Virus record (IMG/VR): IMGVR_UViG_3300011334_000293
Coordinates: 1-33,774 of that record
Strand: one strand, 5' to 3'
DNA length: 33,774 nucleotides
Source of the DNA: a virus
Lineage: Duplodnaviria; Caudoviricetes
Part shown: in pieces, positions 25,916 to 33,774 of the stretch
Layout of the letters: each line of letters opens with the position of its first letter
Numbering within the stretch: the first letter of the stretch is position 1
Made by a program: the position numbers and the translations under genes
The notes under the pieces: model-generated
The model's input: the letters and a program-made list of their open reading frames with translations, nothing else
Databases searched by the model: none
What the model was told of the DNA's origin: nothing

Positions 25916-26385
25916 AGGACGCAATTACATTAGAACGAATTAAATTACTGCATCCTAAGTTAAAGGCAGAAGTTATGGAGATTTACGATGAAATTTGCGA
26001 AGCCTTGAAAGGTCGAGCAATATGTAGATTTACGCATACACTAAGGACATTTGCTGAGCAGGATGCTTTGTTCAAAAAAGTGCCAAAGGTAACTAATAGT
26101 CGCGGTGGGTTCAGCTACCATAATTATGGATTGGCAATTGACATCGTTTTGATTGTTGATGGCAAGACTGCATCGTGGGACATTAAGACTGATTTTGATG
26201 TGGATGGTAAAAGTGATTGGATGGAAGTTGTTGAAATCTTCAAACAATACGGATGGGAATGGGGCGGAAATTGGAAATTCTATGATGCACCACATTTCCA
26301 AAAAGCATTCGGAAAATCAGTTCGGGAGTTGTTGGCATTGCACCAGGCAGGGAAGGTTGATGAGCATGGGTTTGTAAAAATGTAA
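25912..26385 (+). CDS. Endolysin, M15-family L-Ala-D-Glu peptidase
   Basis: RTFAEQ, SYHNYGLAID, WGGNW..YDAPHFQ. Confidence 0.92.
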   Translation: MKDAITLERIKLLHPKLKAEVMEIYDEICEALKGRAICRFTHTLRTFAEQDALFKKVPKVTNSRGGFSYHNYGLAIDIVLIVDGKTASWDIKTDFDVDGKSDWMEVVEIFKQYGWEWGGNWKFYDAPHFQKAFGKSVRELLALHQAGKVDEHGFVKM

Positions 26386-26414
26386 TTGTTGTTTATTTAT
26401 AGTGTTTTTAGGTT

Positions 26415-26445
26415 ATCCCTGGTGTGTTTACATCGGGGATTTTTT
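26415..26445 (+). terminator. Terminator ending the late operon
   Basis: ATCCCTGGTGT-GTTT-ACATCGGGGAT followed by T5. Confidence 0.85.
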
Positions 26446-26471
26446 ATTTTATAAAATAAACTTTACAAATA

Positions 26472-26504
26472 TTTGTTTAATTAAATAATTTAATTGTACA
26501 TTTG
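26472..26504 (+). promoter_or_regulatory. Bacteroidetes sigma-type promoter for early/replication genes
   Basis: TTTG (26472-26475), 21 nt, TACATTTG (26497-26504); matches the -33/-7 consensus. Confidence 0.8.
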
Positions 26505-26526
26505 TTGAAACAAATAACAACATACA

Positions 26527-26709
26527 ATGGAAGAACAAAAACCTTTAGACCTTCGAGCGATGCGCAAGGAACGAAAACTCAGCCAAGAGAAGTTGGCTTT
26601 TCTTACAGGCATCTCAACTGTCAGCATCAACAAGTCAGAAATGACTGGCAACATGAATCTCAAGACATATTTTAAAATACTAAACGCTCTTAAAACTTAC
26701 AAGCCATGA
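26527..26709 (+). CDS. XRE/Cro-like HTH regulator
   Basis: LRAMRKERKLSQEKLAFLTGIS. Confidence 0.85.
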   Translation: MEEQKPLDLRAMRKERKLSQEKLAFLTGISTVSINKSEMTGNMNLKTYFKILNALKTYKP

Positions 26710-27032
26710 TCTACTTTTTAGCAACAATGTTAGCACTCGCATTTTGGGCATTTTGTGATGTAGTTAATGACGAGATAACTAAAAAAGAAGTTAGCAAAAA
26801 AAGAAAGTTTGCAATTCCTCCTCAGTTTTGGGACGATTTCAATAGAGCAATATTTTTTATTGATAGAATGGGGATGAGCGAAATCAATAAATGCCAATAC
26901 ATGATTGATGACATTATTTTTAAGTATCACGAGTGCTTAGATTACAAGACATTTACCGAAAAGATTGGAATGCTGATATCAAGGTTTGAAAGCAAGAAGA
27001 AAAGTTTTTTATTAAATACACACTTAAACTAA
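26706..27032 (+). CDS. Hypothetical protein with N-terminal hydrophobic segment
   Basis: 108 aa, ATGA overlap. Confidence 0.65.
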   Translation: MIYFLATMLALAFWAFCDVVNDEITKKEVSKKRKFAIPPQFWDDFNRAIFFIDRMGMSEINKCQYMIDDIIFKYHECLDYKTFTEKIGMLISRFESKKKSFLLNTHLN

Positions 27033-27037
27033 GAAAA

Positions 27038-27628
27038 ATGGGACTAAATCAAAGTCAAGGCGAATCGTTAGTTTTTTTAGCCATTGCTAATGGCAAGATT
27101 GTTAGACAGTTCAAAGAAAAAACTGAGAAATCAGTATCAAGGACAAACAAAATGGGCAGAGAAGTCCATGAGGAATTCTATGACTCGCTCACCGGCATCC
27201 TTAAAGATGTAACCACAAAGGAGTCTGAGTACGGCAAATTTTGGGTTGTTAAGATGGAAAGCGAAGGTGTTTTGTACCAAATTGAGATGAATTACTCCGG
27301 TGGTTACGCTGCAAGTTTTCTCAAGACAATTCCTAATGCCGATCTCAACAAGGAATTTACCCTCACACCAAAACTCACCATTGAAGGTGATAAAAAAAAA
27401 TCGGTGATTTTCCTCAACCAAATGCAGAAAGGCTTAAAATGGTTCTTCACTCGCGACAATCCGAATGGTATGCCAGAGTTAGCAAAAATCAAGGTCAAAG
27501 GCAAAGATACATGGGACGATAGCGACCGAATGGAGTTTCTTGAGAACTATGTTAAAAGCAATATTTTGCCTAAATTAAACAATAAATCATCTCAAGTCCA
27601 AGAGGACGAAGATGAAACCCCATTCTAA
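27038..27628 (+). CDS. Putative ssDNA-binding/annealing protein
   Basis: 196 aa ending in acidic EDEDETPF, located in the replication module. Confidence 0.6.
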   Translation: MGLNQSQGESLVFLAIANGKIVRQFKEKTEKSVSRTNKMGREVHEEFYDSLTGILKDVTTKESEYGKFWVVKMESEGVLYQIEMNYSGGYAASFLKTIPNADLNKEFTLTPKLTIEGDKKKSVIFLNQMQKGLKWFFTRDNPNGMPELAKIKVKGKDTWDDSDRMEFLENYVKSNILPKLNNKSSQVQEDEDETPF

Positions 27629-27649
27629 AGTTGGTATTTTGGTTATTCC

Positions 27650-27677
27650 GGAGGGTGTTTCTACATCCTCCTCTTTT
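27650..27677 (+). terminator. Terminator-like hairpin
   Basis: GGAGGGTGT-TTCT-ACATCCTCC followed by TCTTTT; same GGTGT-N4-ACATC core as the 26415 terminator. Confidence 0.7.
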
Positions 27678-27681
27678 AAAA

Positions 27682-27758
27682 GGTCGGAAGGCGTAATGAG
27701 GAATGGTTCCAAGTCCCGTAAAAAGGTTGCTTTACCGGTTCGATTCCGGCTCCTGCCA
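27682..27758 (+). ncRNA. Degenerate tRNA-like element
   Basis: Acceptor GGTCGGA/TCCTGCC+A (one mismatch), T-arm CCGG-TTCGATT-CCGG, GGCGTAATG D-like start; no clear anticodon arm. Confidence 0.55.
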
Positions 27759-27844
27759 CAAATGTGTTGGTCCCTTGAGAAAGGAGTCTGCTGAAGAGAG
27801 TGTAGGCTCTACAACACAGAGGACTTCTCATCCTCAATTTTTTC

Positions 27845-27955
27845 AGTCTGGTGGCGGAATACGGAAGACGCACACGTTAGGTCTAATTAGACACGCTTGA
27901 AACATAGCTCCGTGGTTGTAGAATTACAATGTGGGGTCATTACCCACCCAGACTA
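27845..27955 (+). ncRNA. Leu-type tRNA-like element with expanded anticodon arm
   Basis: Perfect acceptor AGTCTGG/CCAGACT+A, D-arm TGGCGGAATACGGAAGACGC, CACG/CGTG stem around 34 nt, variable hairpin TTGTA/TACAA, T-stem GTGGG/CCCAC with non-canonical loop GTCATTA. Confidence 0.65.
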
Positions 27956-27988
27956 CTGATTTTTTAACTTTAATTAAACCTTCAAACA

Positions 27989-28744
27989 ATGAAGAAATTT
28001 AACTTAGACTTGGTCAAAGGACGTATTGAGTTCCTTGACAATCGTTTTTACTCAACAAATGATGGTGGATTTGTACCATCGGTTACCACAATTTTGGAAG
28101 CATATCCTAAAGATGCTTCCTACTTCAAATGGCTTAAGGATGTTGGCTCGGATGCCGACTCAATTCGTGATGAAGCAGGTCGCAGAGGCTCGGTAGTGCA
28201 TGAACTTACCGAGAAATATGACTGCGGTGAAGAGTGTACATTTATCAATTTACATGGCAATCCTCAGTTCAAAATGAATGAGTGGTCAATGTTTGAGCGT
28301 TATGTTGAGTTTGTCAACCTGCATCAACCAAAGAACTATGCAATGGAGCTACACATGGCATCGGCATCACTCGGATTTGCCGGTACACTTGATCGCGTTA
28401 TTGAGATGAATGGCAAGACAATGCTAATTGACATCAAGACCTCCAACTCAATTTACCCATCTTATTGGTTGCAGTTGGCAGCTTACCATCAACTTTTGAT
28501 GCAATATGATACTAATACTGGCATTGATGCGGTTGGAATCTTATGGCTAAATGCTAAAACACGCACTATGGGCAAAAATGGGGCGATTCAAGGCGTTGGA
28601 TGGCAGCTTGTGACAAAAGATATGGACGAACTAAAGCAAGACTGGGAGCTATTCCAATCAACGCATAAGCTATGGTTGGCACTTAACGCTGACATCAAGC
28701 CAAAACAATTATCTTACCAATTAACACATAAACGCAATGGTTGA
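27989..28744 (+). CDS. PD-(D/E)XK exonuclease (Cas4/RecB-like)
   Basis: PSVTTIL, RGSVVH, AGTLD...LIDIKTS, QLAAY. Confidence 0.88.
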   Translation: MKKFNLDLVKGRIEFLDNRFYSTNDGGFVPSVTTILEAYPKDASYFKWLKDVGSDADSIRDEAGRRGSVVHELTEKYDCGEECTFINLHGNPQFKMNEWSMFERYVEFVNLHQPKNYAMELHMASASLGFAGTLDRVIEMNGKTMLIDIKTSNSIYPSYWLQLAAYHQLLMQYDTNTGIDAVGILWLNAKTRTMGKNGAIQGVGWQLVTKDMDELKQDWELFQSTHKLWLALNADIKPKQLSYQLTHKRNG

Positions 28745-28949
28745 TGATGAAATTGTAAACGAGGTTATTAAAAACTTCGAGAAAAGGTCTATTATAGGTT
28801 ATTTAAAGTATGGCAAAACTTTGGAAAGAAATGATTTAACTTATGAGCAATGGGTTAACCATTTGCAGGAGGAGCTTATGGATGCGATTTTATATTTGCA
28901 AAAAATTAAACATGAAATTAAGAGATTACCAGATAACAATAAAAGATAA
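28737..28949 (+). CDS. Small all-alpha protein (NTP-pyrophosphatase/MazG-like motif)
   Basis: GYLKYGKTL...HLQEELMDAILY. Confidence 0.6.
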   Translation: MVDDEIVNEVIKNFEKRSIIGYLKYGKTLERNDLTYEQWVNHLQEELMDAILYLQKIKHEIKRLPDNNKR

Positions 28950-30150
28950 GGCTCTTAAGATGCTTAGAACTCACTCCATTGCCTACCTGGCGATGGAGGT
29001 GAGGACTGGCAAGACTTTGACTGCCATCGCTACTGCATATTGCTACGGAGCTAAGAAGGTGTTGTTTGTTACTAAAAAGAAGGCCATTACCGATATTATC
29101 CAACAAGCTTATCAGATGGGTTATGAGCTTGATATTAAGGTCATCAACTACGAACAACTCCAAAACGAGAAAGCCATTTACGACTTTATTATTGCTGATG
29201 AGGCTCATGGCTTGGGAGCGTTCCCAAAACCTGCAAAAAGAGCAACTGAGCTTAAGAGGATTGCGAAAGGAATGCCGATTATCTTTTTGAGTGGCACTCC
29301 AACCCCAGAGTCTTATTCTCAGCTATTCCATCAGCTTTGGTGCAGCTCGTTTAGTCCCTTTAGGCATTATAGTGGATTTTATAAATGGGCGAATGATTAC
29401 GTAAGATTACGCAAGAAGTACATATTTAACAGAGCAATTAATGACTACTCAGATGCCGACATCACTAAAATCAAACCAATTATGGAGCAATTAATGATAT
29501 CATTTACACAAGAAGAGGCGGGGTTCGAGTCCTTTGTCCAAGAAGAGATCCACTACGTAATGATGGAGAACTCGACCTATAAGTTTGCAGATAAAATGAA
29601 AAAAGATAAGATAGCTAAAAATGCAGATGGCGAGATTGTGATGGGCGATACTGCGGTAAAGCTCATGAGCAAATTACACCAGATATATAGTGGGACAGTC
29701 ATAGTAGATGAGCCTGAACGTATCGCCAAAGTATTTGATGAAAGGAAGGCAGAATTTATCAAGGATAAGTTTGCAGGTCAGAAGATAGCCATCTATTATA
29801 AGTTCATAGCTGAATATTATGCCATTTTAAGGCTATTTGGAGATAGGTTGGTTGATGATGCAAATAAGTTCAATGAAGGCGGTAATGAGCTTGTATTTGT
29901 TTCTCAAATAGCATCTGGAAGGGAAGGTGTTAACCTATCAAGTGCTGATGCCTTGATATTTTACAACATTGACTTCTCGGCGGTTAGTTATTGGCAAAGT
30001 AGAGCAAGGATTCAGACCAAGGATAGGGAGAAGGAAAGCAAGATACATTGGATATTTGCCCATAACGGCATCGAGGATAAGATTTACAAAGCAGTTATGG
30101 AGAAAAAAGATTACACTTTACAACATTTCAAACGAGATTATGGGATTTAG
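28912..30150 (+). CDS. SF2 (SNF2-like) helicase
   Basis: MKLRDYQ Q-motif (start 28912), RTGKT, DEAH, LSGTP, GVNL, QSRARI. Confidence 0.92.
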   Translation: MKLRDYQITIKDKALKMLRTHSIAYLAMEVRTGKTLTAIATAYCYGAKKVLFVTKKKAITDIIQQAYQMGYELDIKVINYEQLQNEKAIYDFIIADEAHGLGAFPKPAKRATELKRIAKGMPIIFLSGTPTPESYSQLFHQLWCSSFSPFRHYSGFYKWANDYVRLRKKYIFNRAINDYSDADITKIKPIMEQLMISFTQEEAGFESFVQEEIHYVMMENSTYKFADKMKKDKIAKNADGEIVMGDTAVKLMSKLHQIYSGTVIVDEPERIAKVFDERKAEFIKDKFAGQKIAIYYKFIAEYYAILRLFGDRLVDDANKFNEGGNELVFVSQIASGREGVNLSSADALIFYNIDFSAVSYWQSRARIQTKDREKESKIHWIFAHNGIEDKIYKAVMEKKDYTLQHFKRDYGI

Positions 30151-30370
30151 GACGAATTTAGTGAGGCTTAGGATGGAGCGTAATTTAACACAAAAGCAGA
30201 TGGCTGAGTCGATTGGGGTTAGGGTTCAAGCCTTCCAAGCCTATGAACATGGCAGATCCCACCCTAATTTTAAGGTTCTGCAATGTATTTTTGATATTTA
30301 CAACATTAAAGACGTTTATAATTTCATGTTTTATGAATATAATAAAGGAAAGTTTGTTAATTATAGTTAA
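30140..30370 (+). CDS. XRE-family HTH protein
   Basis: LVRLRMERNLTQKQMAESIGV...YEHGRSHP; ATG 30140. Confidence 0.85.
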   Translation: MGFRTNLVRLRMERNLTQKQMAESIGVRVQAFQAYEHGRSHPNFKVLQCIFDIYNIKDVYNFMFYEYNKGKFVNYS

Positions 30371-30491
30371 ATTAATTTATTTAATCTTGATTTGTGTGCC
30401 AATTACAATTTTGTTACTTATTTTTATCAACCTATTACACATTTTTAAAAAAACAACACAATGGATTTCAAAACAACAAAAGCTGAAGTAA
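30333..30491 (+). CDS. Small membrane protein
   Basis: MNIIKESLLIIVKLIYLILICVPITILLLIFINLL...; fills the gap between genes. Confidence 0.45.
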   Translation: MNIIKESLLIIVKLIYLILICVPITILLLIFINLLHIFKKTTQWISKQQKLK

Positions 30492-30877
30492 CCCTGCAAC
30501 ACCTTAATTACGCACTCGGTCTTAAGTCAGATGTAGATGTATTTACTAAGATTTCTTCTCTGAATGTTACTTGGAATGTGAAAATTTCACATAAAGAGTG
30601 GGGAATTAAGAGTATTGATGTCACAATAGATAAGTTTTATCTTGAAATTGAGTGGGAGATATACAAAGAAGATTTGGACGATTACCAAAAGACACAATTA
30701 ATGTGCAAGTCTGATATGTTTCATACTGTTTCTGAAACGAGTCAATATTTCATCGGAGTTTATAAGATTTTCGGTAATATGTTCAACATTGTTGAGAACC
30801 TTGAGGTAAATGGCGGAATCTTAGAGATTGAAGAGGTGTTTATTGACTTTATGGATAATGAAATACATATTTTATGA
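30461..30877 (+). CDS. Hypothetical protein
   Basis: 138 aa, A-rich leader, ATGA overlap with the next gene. Confidence 0.7.
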   Translation: MDFKTTKAEVTLQHLNYALGLKSDVDVFTKISSLNVTWNVKISHKEWGIKSIDVTIDKFYLEIEWEIYKEDLDDYQKTQLMCKSDMFHTVSETSQYFIGVYKIFGNMFNIVENLEVNGGILEIEEVFIDFMDNEIHIL

Positions 30878-31491
30878 GAATATTAGAATTATTTGCCGGT
30901 AGTAGGTCTATAGGCAAGGAAGCTGAGATGTTAGGAATGGAAGTATTTTCATCAGATATAAATCAATTTGATGGTATTAATTATGCAGTCAATATATTAG
31001 AATTTGATTATTCTAAAGTACCATTTGTTCCAGATATAATTTGGGCATCACCTCCATGTACTGGATTTAGTGTAGCTGCCATTGGACATCATTGGACTGG
31101 AGGAAAAGAAGCTTACATACCAAAAACAGAAACTGCAAAACTTGGTATAGAAATAGTTAAAAAGACTTTGGAAATTATAGATTATTACAAACCTAAGTAC
31201 TGGTTTATGGAAAATCCTCGTGGAGTTTTGCGTAAGTTAAACGTGGTTCAAGGTTTAAAAATACATTCTGTTACTTATTGCCAGTATGGAGATGAAAGAA
31301 TGAAGCCAACAGATATTTGGACTAATAGTAATGTATGGATTCCTCGTAAAATGTGTAAAAATGGAGATTCTTGCCATGTTGCAGCACCAAGAGGATCTAA
31401 AACTGGAACTCAAGGCAGAGCAAATGCTTTTGAAAGAAGTAAAATACCGGCAGAGCTTTGTCAGGAAATATTAAAAAGTTGTATATGTTAG
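30874..31491 (+). CDS. Compact DNA (cytosine-5)-methyltransferase
   Basis: ELFAGS (motif I), WASPPC (IV), ENP (VI); only 205 aa. Confidence 0.85.
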   Translation: MRILELFAGSRSIGKEAEMLGMEVFSSDINQFDGINYAVNILEFDYSKVPFVPDIIWASPPCTGFSVAAIGHHWTGGKEAYIPKTETAKLGIEIVKKTLEIIDYYKPKYWFMENPRGVLRKLNVVQGLKIHSVTYCQYGDERMKPTDIWTNSNVWIPRKMCKNGDSCHVAAPRGSKTGTQGRANAFERSKIPAELCQEILKSCIC

Positions 31492-31748
31492 AATCCCAAA
31501 TCCAAGCCAAAATCACACAGAAACTTAAAAATCATGGATGGTTCGTAACAAAGCTCATCCAAACATCTACCAATGGCATACCAGATTTGATGGCGATTAA
31601 GGACGGGAGGGTGATATTTTTAGAAGTAAAGCAGCCTGGAAAGAAGGCATCACCACTACAAGACCATCAGATAGAAGGATTAAATAGATGTGGAGTAGAA
31701 GCAAGAGTGGTTAGTAGTGTTGAAGATATTGAGATATATTGTAAATAA
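31485..31748 (+). CDS. VRR-NUC domain nuclease
   Basis: MLESQIQ, GIPDL, FLEVK.PG, SPLQ. Confidence 0.9.
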   Translation: MLESQIQAKITQKLKNHGWFVTKLIQTSTNGIPDLMAIKDGRVIFLEVKQPGKKASPLQDHQIEGLNRCGVEARVVSSVEDIEIYCK

Positions 31749-31764
31749 CCTATAAACAAAACAA

Positions 31765-32112
31765 ATGAGAAGTAGCGTAGTACAAGCAATTCAGCACGTT
31801 AAGATTGCTGATGAATTTATGAATGACTTTATCCGGTCAGCACCCACAACACGAGGCGCGGTAATATTTGCGCAGTATTCTCGCAAATTAAGGTGGATAT
31901 TAAATGACATTATTACCTATCCACATTTTGACGATGAAGTACGCAAAGGCATTAAAGTTGAGATTGAGTCGGATGCTTTTAGCGTTGGAGCAATTAAGGA
32001 TTTAATACCATTACTCAACCCAGAGCAAAGGGAGATGATTGAGGATTTGATTGAGGATATTTTGAAAGGAAAGACGATTGAGGTAAGTATTAAAGACAAT
32101 AAAGAACAATAA
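31765..32112 (+). CDS. Hypothetical protein
   Basis: 115 aa, A-rich leader. Confidence 0.7.
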   Translation: MRSSVVQAIQHVKIADEFMNDFIRSAPTTRGAVIFAQYSRKLRWILNDIITYPHFDDEVRKGIKVEIESDAFSVGAIKDLIPLLNPEQREMIEDLIEDILKGKTIEVSIKDNKEQ

Positions 32113-32113
32113 C

Positions 32114-32368
32114 ATGGCACAATTACCAAAAGAGAAAGCACAAGAATTAGTTACTAAGTATGGTAATATTAATGTAACAACATTAGGATGTGGATTGGAA
32201 AATGGTAATCCATGCATTTCTCAAAACTTAATGTTTTAAAAAGATGCAAAAAAATGTGCAATAATTGCAGTAGATGAGATTTTAGATTCAAGACCTTCTA
32301 TCACAGACAGTCAAATAGAATATCAAAATTATTGGCAACAAGTAAAAGAAGAAATAAACAATTTATAA
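32114..32368 (+). pseudogene. Small phage gene interrupted by one in-frame TAA
   Basis: MAQLPKEKAQELVTKY...QNLMF*KDAKKCAIIAVDEIL...YWQQVKEEINNL; stop at 32237-32239, with both halves in the same frame. Confidence 0.7.
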
Positions 32369-32370
32369 CA

Positions 32371-32601
32371 ATGGCACAACAAACATCGGTAGAATGGTAT
32401 GCAGAACAATTAGAAATATACGAAGAAAAAGCATTAATTAGAGAAATAACAATAATGCAATTAAATACTAAAAAGCAAGAACTAATCAAACAAGCTAAAG
32501 AAAATCACAAAGAAGAAATTGTTCATGCTAGAATGATAGGAGATTATTTATGTGATACTATAAATGCAGAAAATTATTACAACCAAACCTTTAACCAATG
32601 A
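32371..32601 (+). CDS. Hypothetical protein (QTSVEW...QAKE family)
   Basis: MAQQTSVEW...AENYYNQTF; ATG 32371 preferred. Confidence 0.7.
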   Translation: MAQQTSVEWYAEQLEIYEEKALIREITIMQLNTKKQELIKQAKENHKEEIVHARMIGDYLCDTINAENYYNQTFNQ

Positions 32602-32849
32602 CACAAGAAAAATTAGAAAGATGCAATATAGTTGCAAATGAAATTAAGAAAATTAAAGCTTATTTAGAATCTATAAAATGGATGTTAAATGATGCAGTAT
32701 TAGAAAGACCTATAAATATTACATTTAGTGGTTGTAGTCATCATGAATTAAAAGCTCCTGATACACTTTTTAAAACCATTGGTAGATTACTTTACAATGA
32801 GTATCAACAAAAGTTACTGCATTTAGAAAAGGAATTTTGGAATCTTTAA
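32598..32849 (+). CDS. Hypothetical protein
   Basis: 83 aa, ATGA overlap, ends LEKEFWNL. Confidence 0.65.
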   Translation: MTQEKLERCNIVANEIKKIKAYLESIKWMLNDAVLERPINITFSGCSHHELKAPDTLFKTIGRLLYNEYQQKLLHLEKEFWNL

Positions 32850-32857
32850 TTATTAAC

Positions 32858-33774
32858 ATGAATTACTTAGAACTCGGAATAAATGCAATTGCGGTAGATA
32901 GCTTTAAAAGAGCCATCTTTCCTTGGAAGATCTACCAAACAGAAAGGGTGAAGGTGGCCGAACTTGAGAGGCAGATGGCTGATAGCCGGACGAAAGGGGT
33001 GGCGATAATATGCGGATCGGTAAGTGGTAATCTTGAGGTGATTGACATTGATACAAAATATCAAACCTACGAGCTTTGGGACGCTATTAGAAAGCGTATT
33101 AGTGATGAGTTATATGCTAAGTTGCACGTTGTTAGGACTCGAAATAATGGCTACCATTTAGCTTATAGATGTGAGTGCATAGATGGCAATGCGAAGTTAG
33201 CAACAAGACCTGCAACAAAGGAGGAGCTTGAGCGCACACCGGCAGTAAAGACTTATTGCATTATTGAAACTCGTGGTGAGGGCGGATATGTAGTAGCTCC
33301 TCCAACGGATGGGTATGTGTTGGTGCAGAAAGGTATAAATGTGCTTGATGTGGAGGAAAGGGAAGAGTTGATGTCTATCATGAGGTCTTTTAACGAAGTG
33401 ATGGAGGAGGCAGTCATCGAAGCTCATGACCGGCCATCGGTGAAGGAGTATGGCTTATCACCATTTGATGATTACAATCGTAGAGGGGATATTGAGCTAT
33501 TACTTTCTAGACATGGGTGGAAGCGTACCGGTGATAACTCTGAAAGAATATGGTTCTTGCGCCCAGGAGGTGACTCTAAGGCCAAGAATAGTGGATCATG
33601 GAATAAGGACATGAGTTTGTTCAGCGTTTTTAGCACTAACACACCATTTATTGTTGGTAAAGGCTACAAATTGGTTGCGGTGTTTTGCATCTTGGAGTGT
33701 GGAGGAGATTTCAAGGAGTGCGCCAAAAGGTTGTTGGACATGGGATATGGTGAACGAAAGTCATCACATGGGGG
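32858..33774 (+). CDS. Bifunctional primase/polymerase (prim-pol) N-terminus, 3'-truncated
   Basis: Not in the track because it runs off the end: MNYLELGINAIAV...GSVSGNLEVIDID...RTRNNGYHL...ETRGEGGYVVAPPT. Confidence 0.9.
   Translation, partial: MNYLELGINAIAVDSFKRAIFPWKIYQTERVKVAELERQMADSRTKGVAIICGSVSGNLEVIDIDTKYQTYELWDAIRKRISDELYAKLHVVRTRNNGYHLAYRCECIDGNAKLATRPATKEELERTPAVKTYCIIETRGEGGYVVAPPTDGYVLVQKGINVLDVEEREELMSIMRSFNEVMEEAVIEAHDRPSVKEYGLSPFDDYNRRGDIELLLSRHGWKRTGDNSERIWFLRPGGDSKAKNSGSWNKDMSLFSVFSTNTPFIVGKGYKLVAVFCILECGGDFKECAKRLLDMGYGERKSSHG

Noticed and set aside
27612-27900. ORFs 27612-27794, 27676-27873 and 27703-27900
   Set aside because: They overlap the terminator and tRNA-like elements and show no protein motifs.
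27682-27955. Functional canonical tRNA genes
   Set aside because: No 7-nt anticodon loop can be assigned in either element, so they are reported as tRNA-like only.
28843-31484. Extended starts for the helicase (28843), HTH (29969), 30213 ORF and VRR-NUC (31458)
   Set aside because: Domain boundaries and overlaps favour ATGs at 28912, 30140, 30333 and 31485.
32237-32239. Genome-wide stop-codon reassignment
   Set aside because: TAA, TAG and TGA all end normal genes here and coding density is high under the standard code; this is an isolated stop.
4170-32489. Other short antisense or alternate-frame ORFs in the track (e.g. 7584-7895, 10090-10527, 13051-13263, 17791-18069, 26041-26301)
   Set aside because: They overlap well-supported genes and lack motifs or start signals, unlike 6365-6898.
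32867-33427. Minus-strand ORFs 32867-33064 and 33197-33427
   Set aside because: Antisense shadows of the prim-pol gene.

Overview
Near-complete genome of a small (~34 kb) HK97-type siphovirus, most likely infecting a Bacteroidetes host (TAnnTTTG -7 promoter boxes, A-rich starts without Shine-Dalgarno). Both window ends fall inside what looks like one prim-pol/SF3 primase-helicase gene, so the contig is probably a circular permutation missing a short piece. Order: primase-helicase C-terminus with iteron-like repeats; DnaA-domain-IV protein; A/T-tract region and a 30-bp palindrome-rich tandem array; a minus-strand AT-rich operon (two paralogous 30-aa hydrophobic peptides, a Gp88/radical-SAM-like protein, two small ORFs); terS; terL; portal; gpF-like protein; HAD-fused prohead protease; major capsid; methyltransferase plus glycosyltransferase; neck and tail genes; lysis cassette; early/replication genes with two aberrant tRNA-like elements. 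The most striking feature is a 269-aa intein in terL. Its in-frame interior is motif-free filler, while a complete HNH homing endonuclease is encoded in an overlapping frame, with start and stop codons formed from codons of conserved intein motifs and a candidate internal promoter. No integrase, DNA polymerase, reverse transcriptase or CRISPR was seen. All calls are motif recognition by eye; no searches were run.
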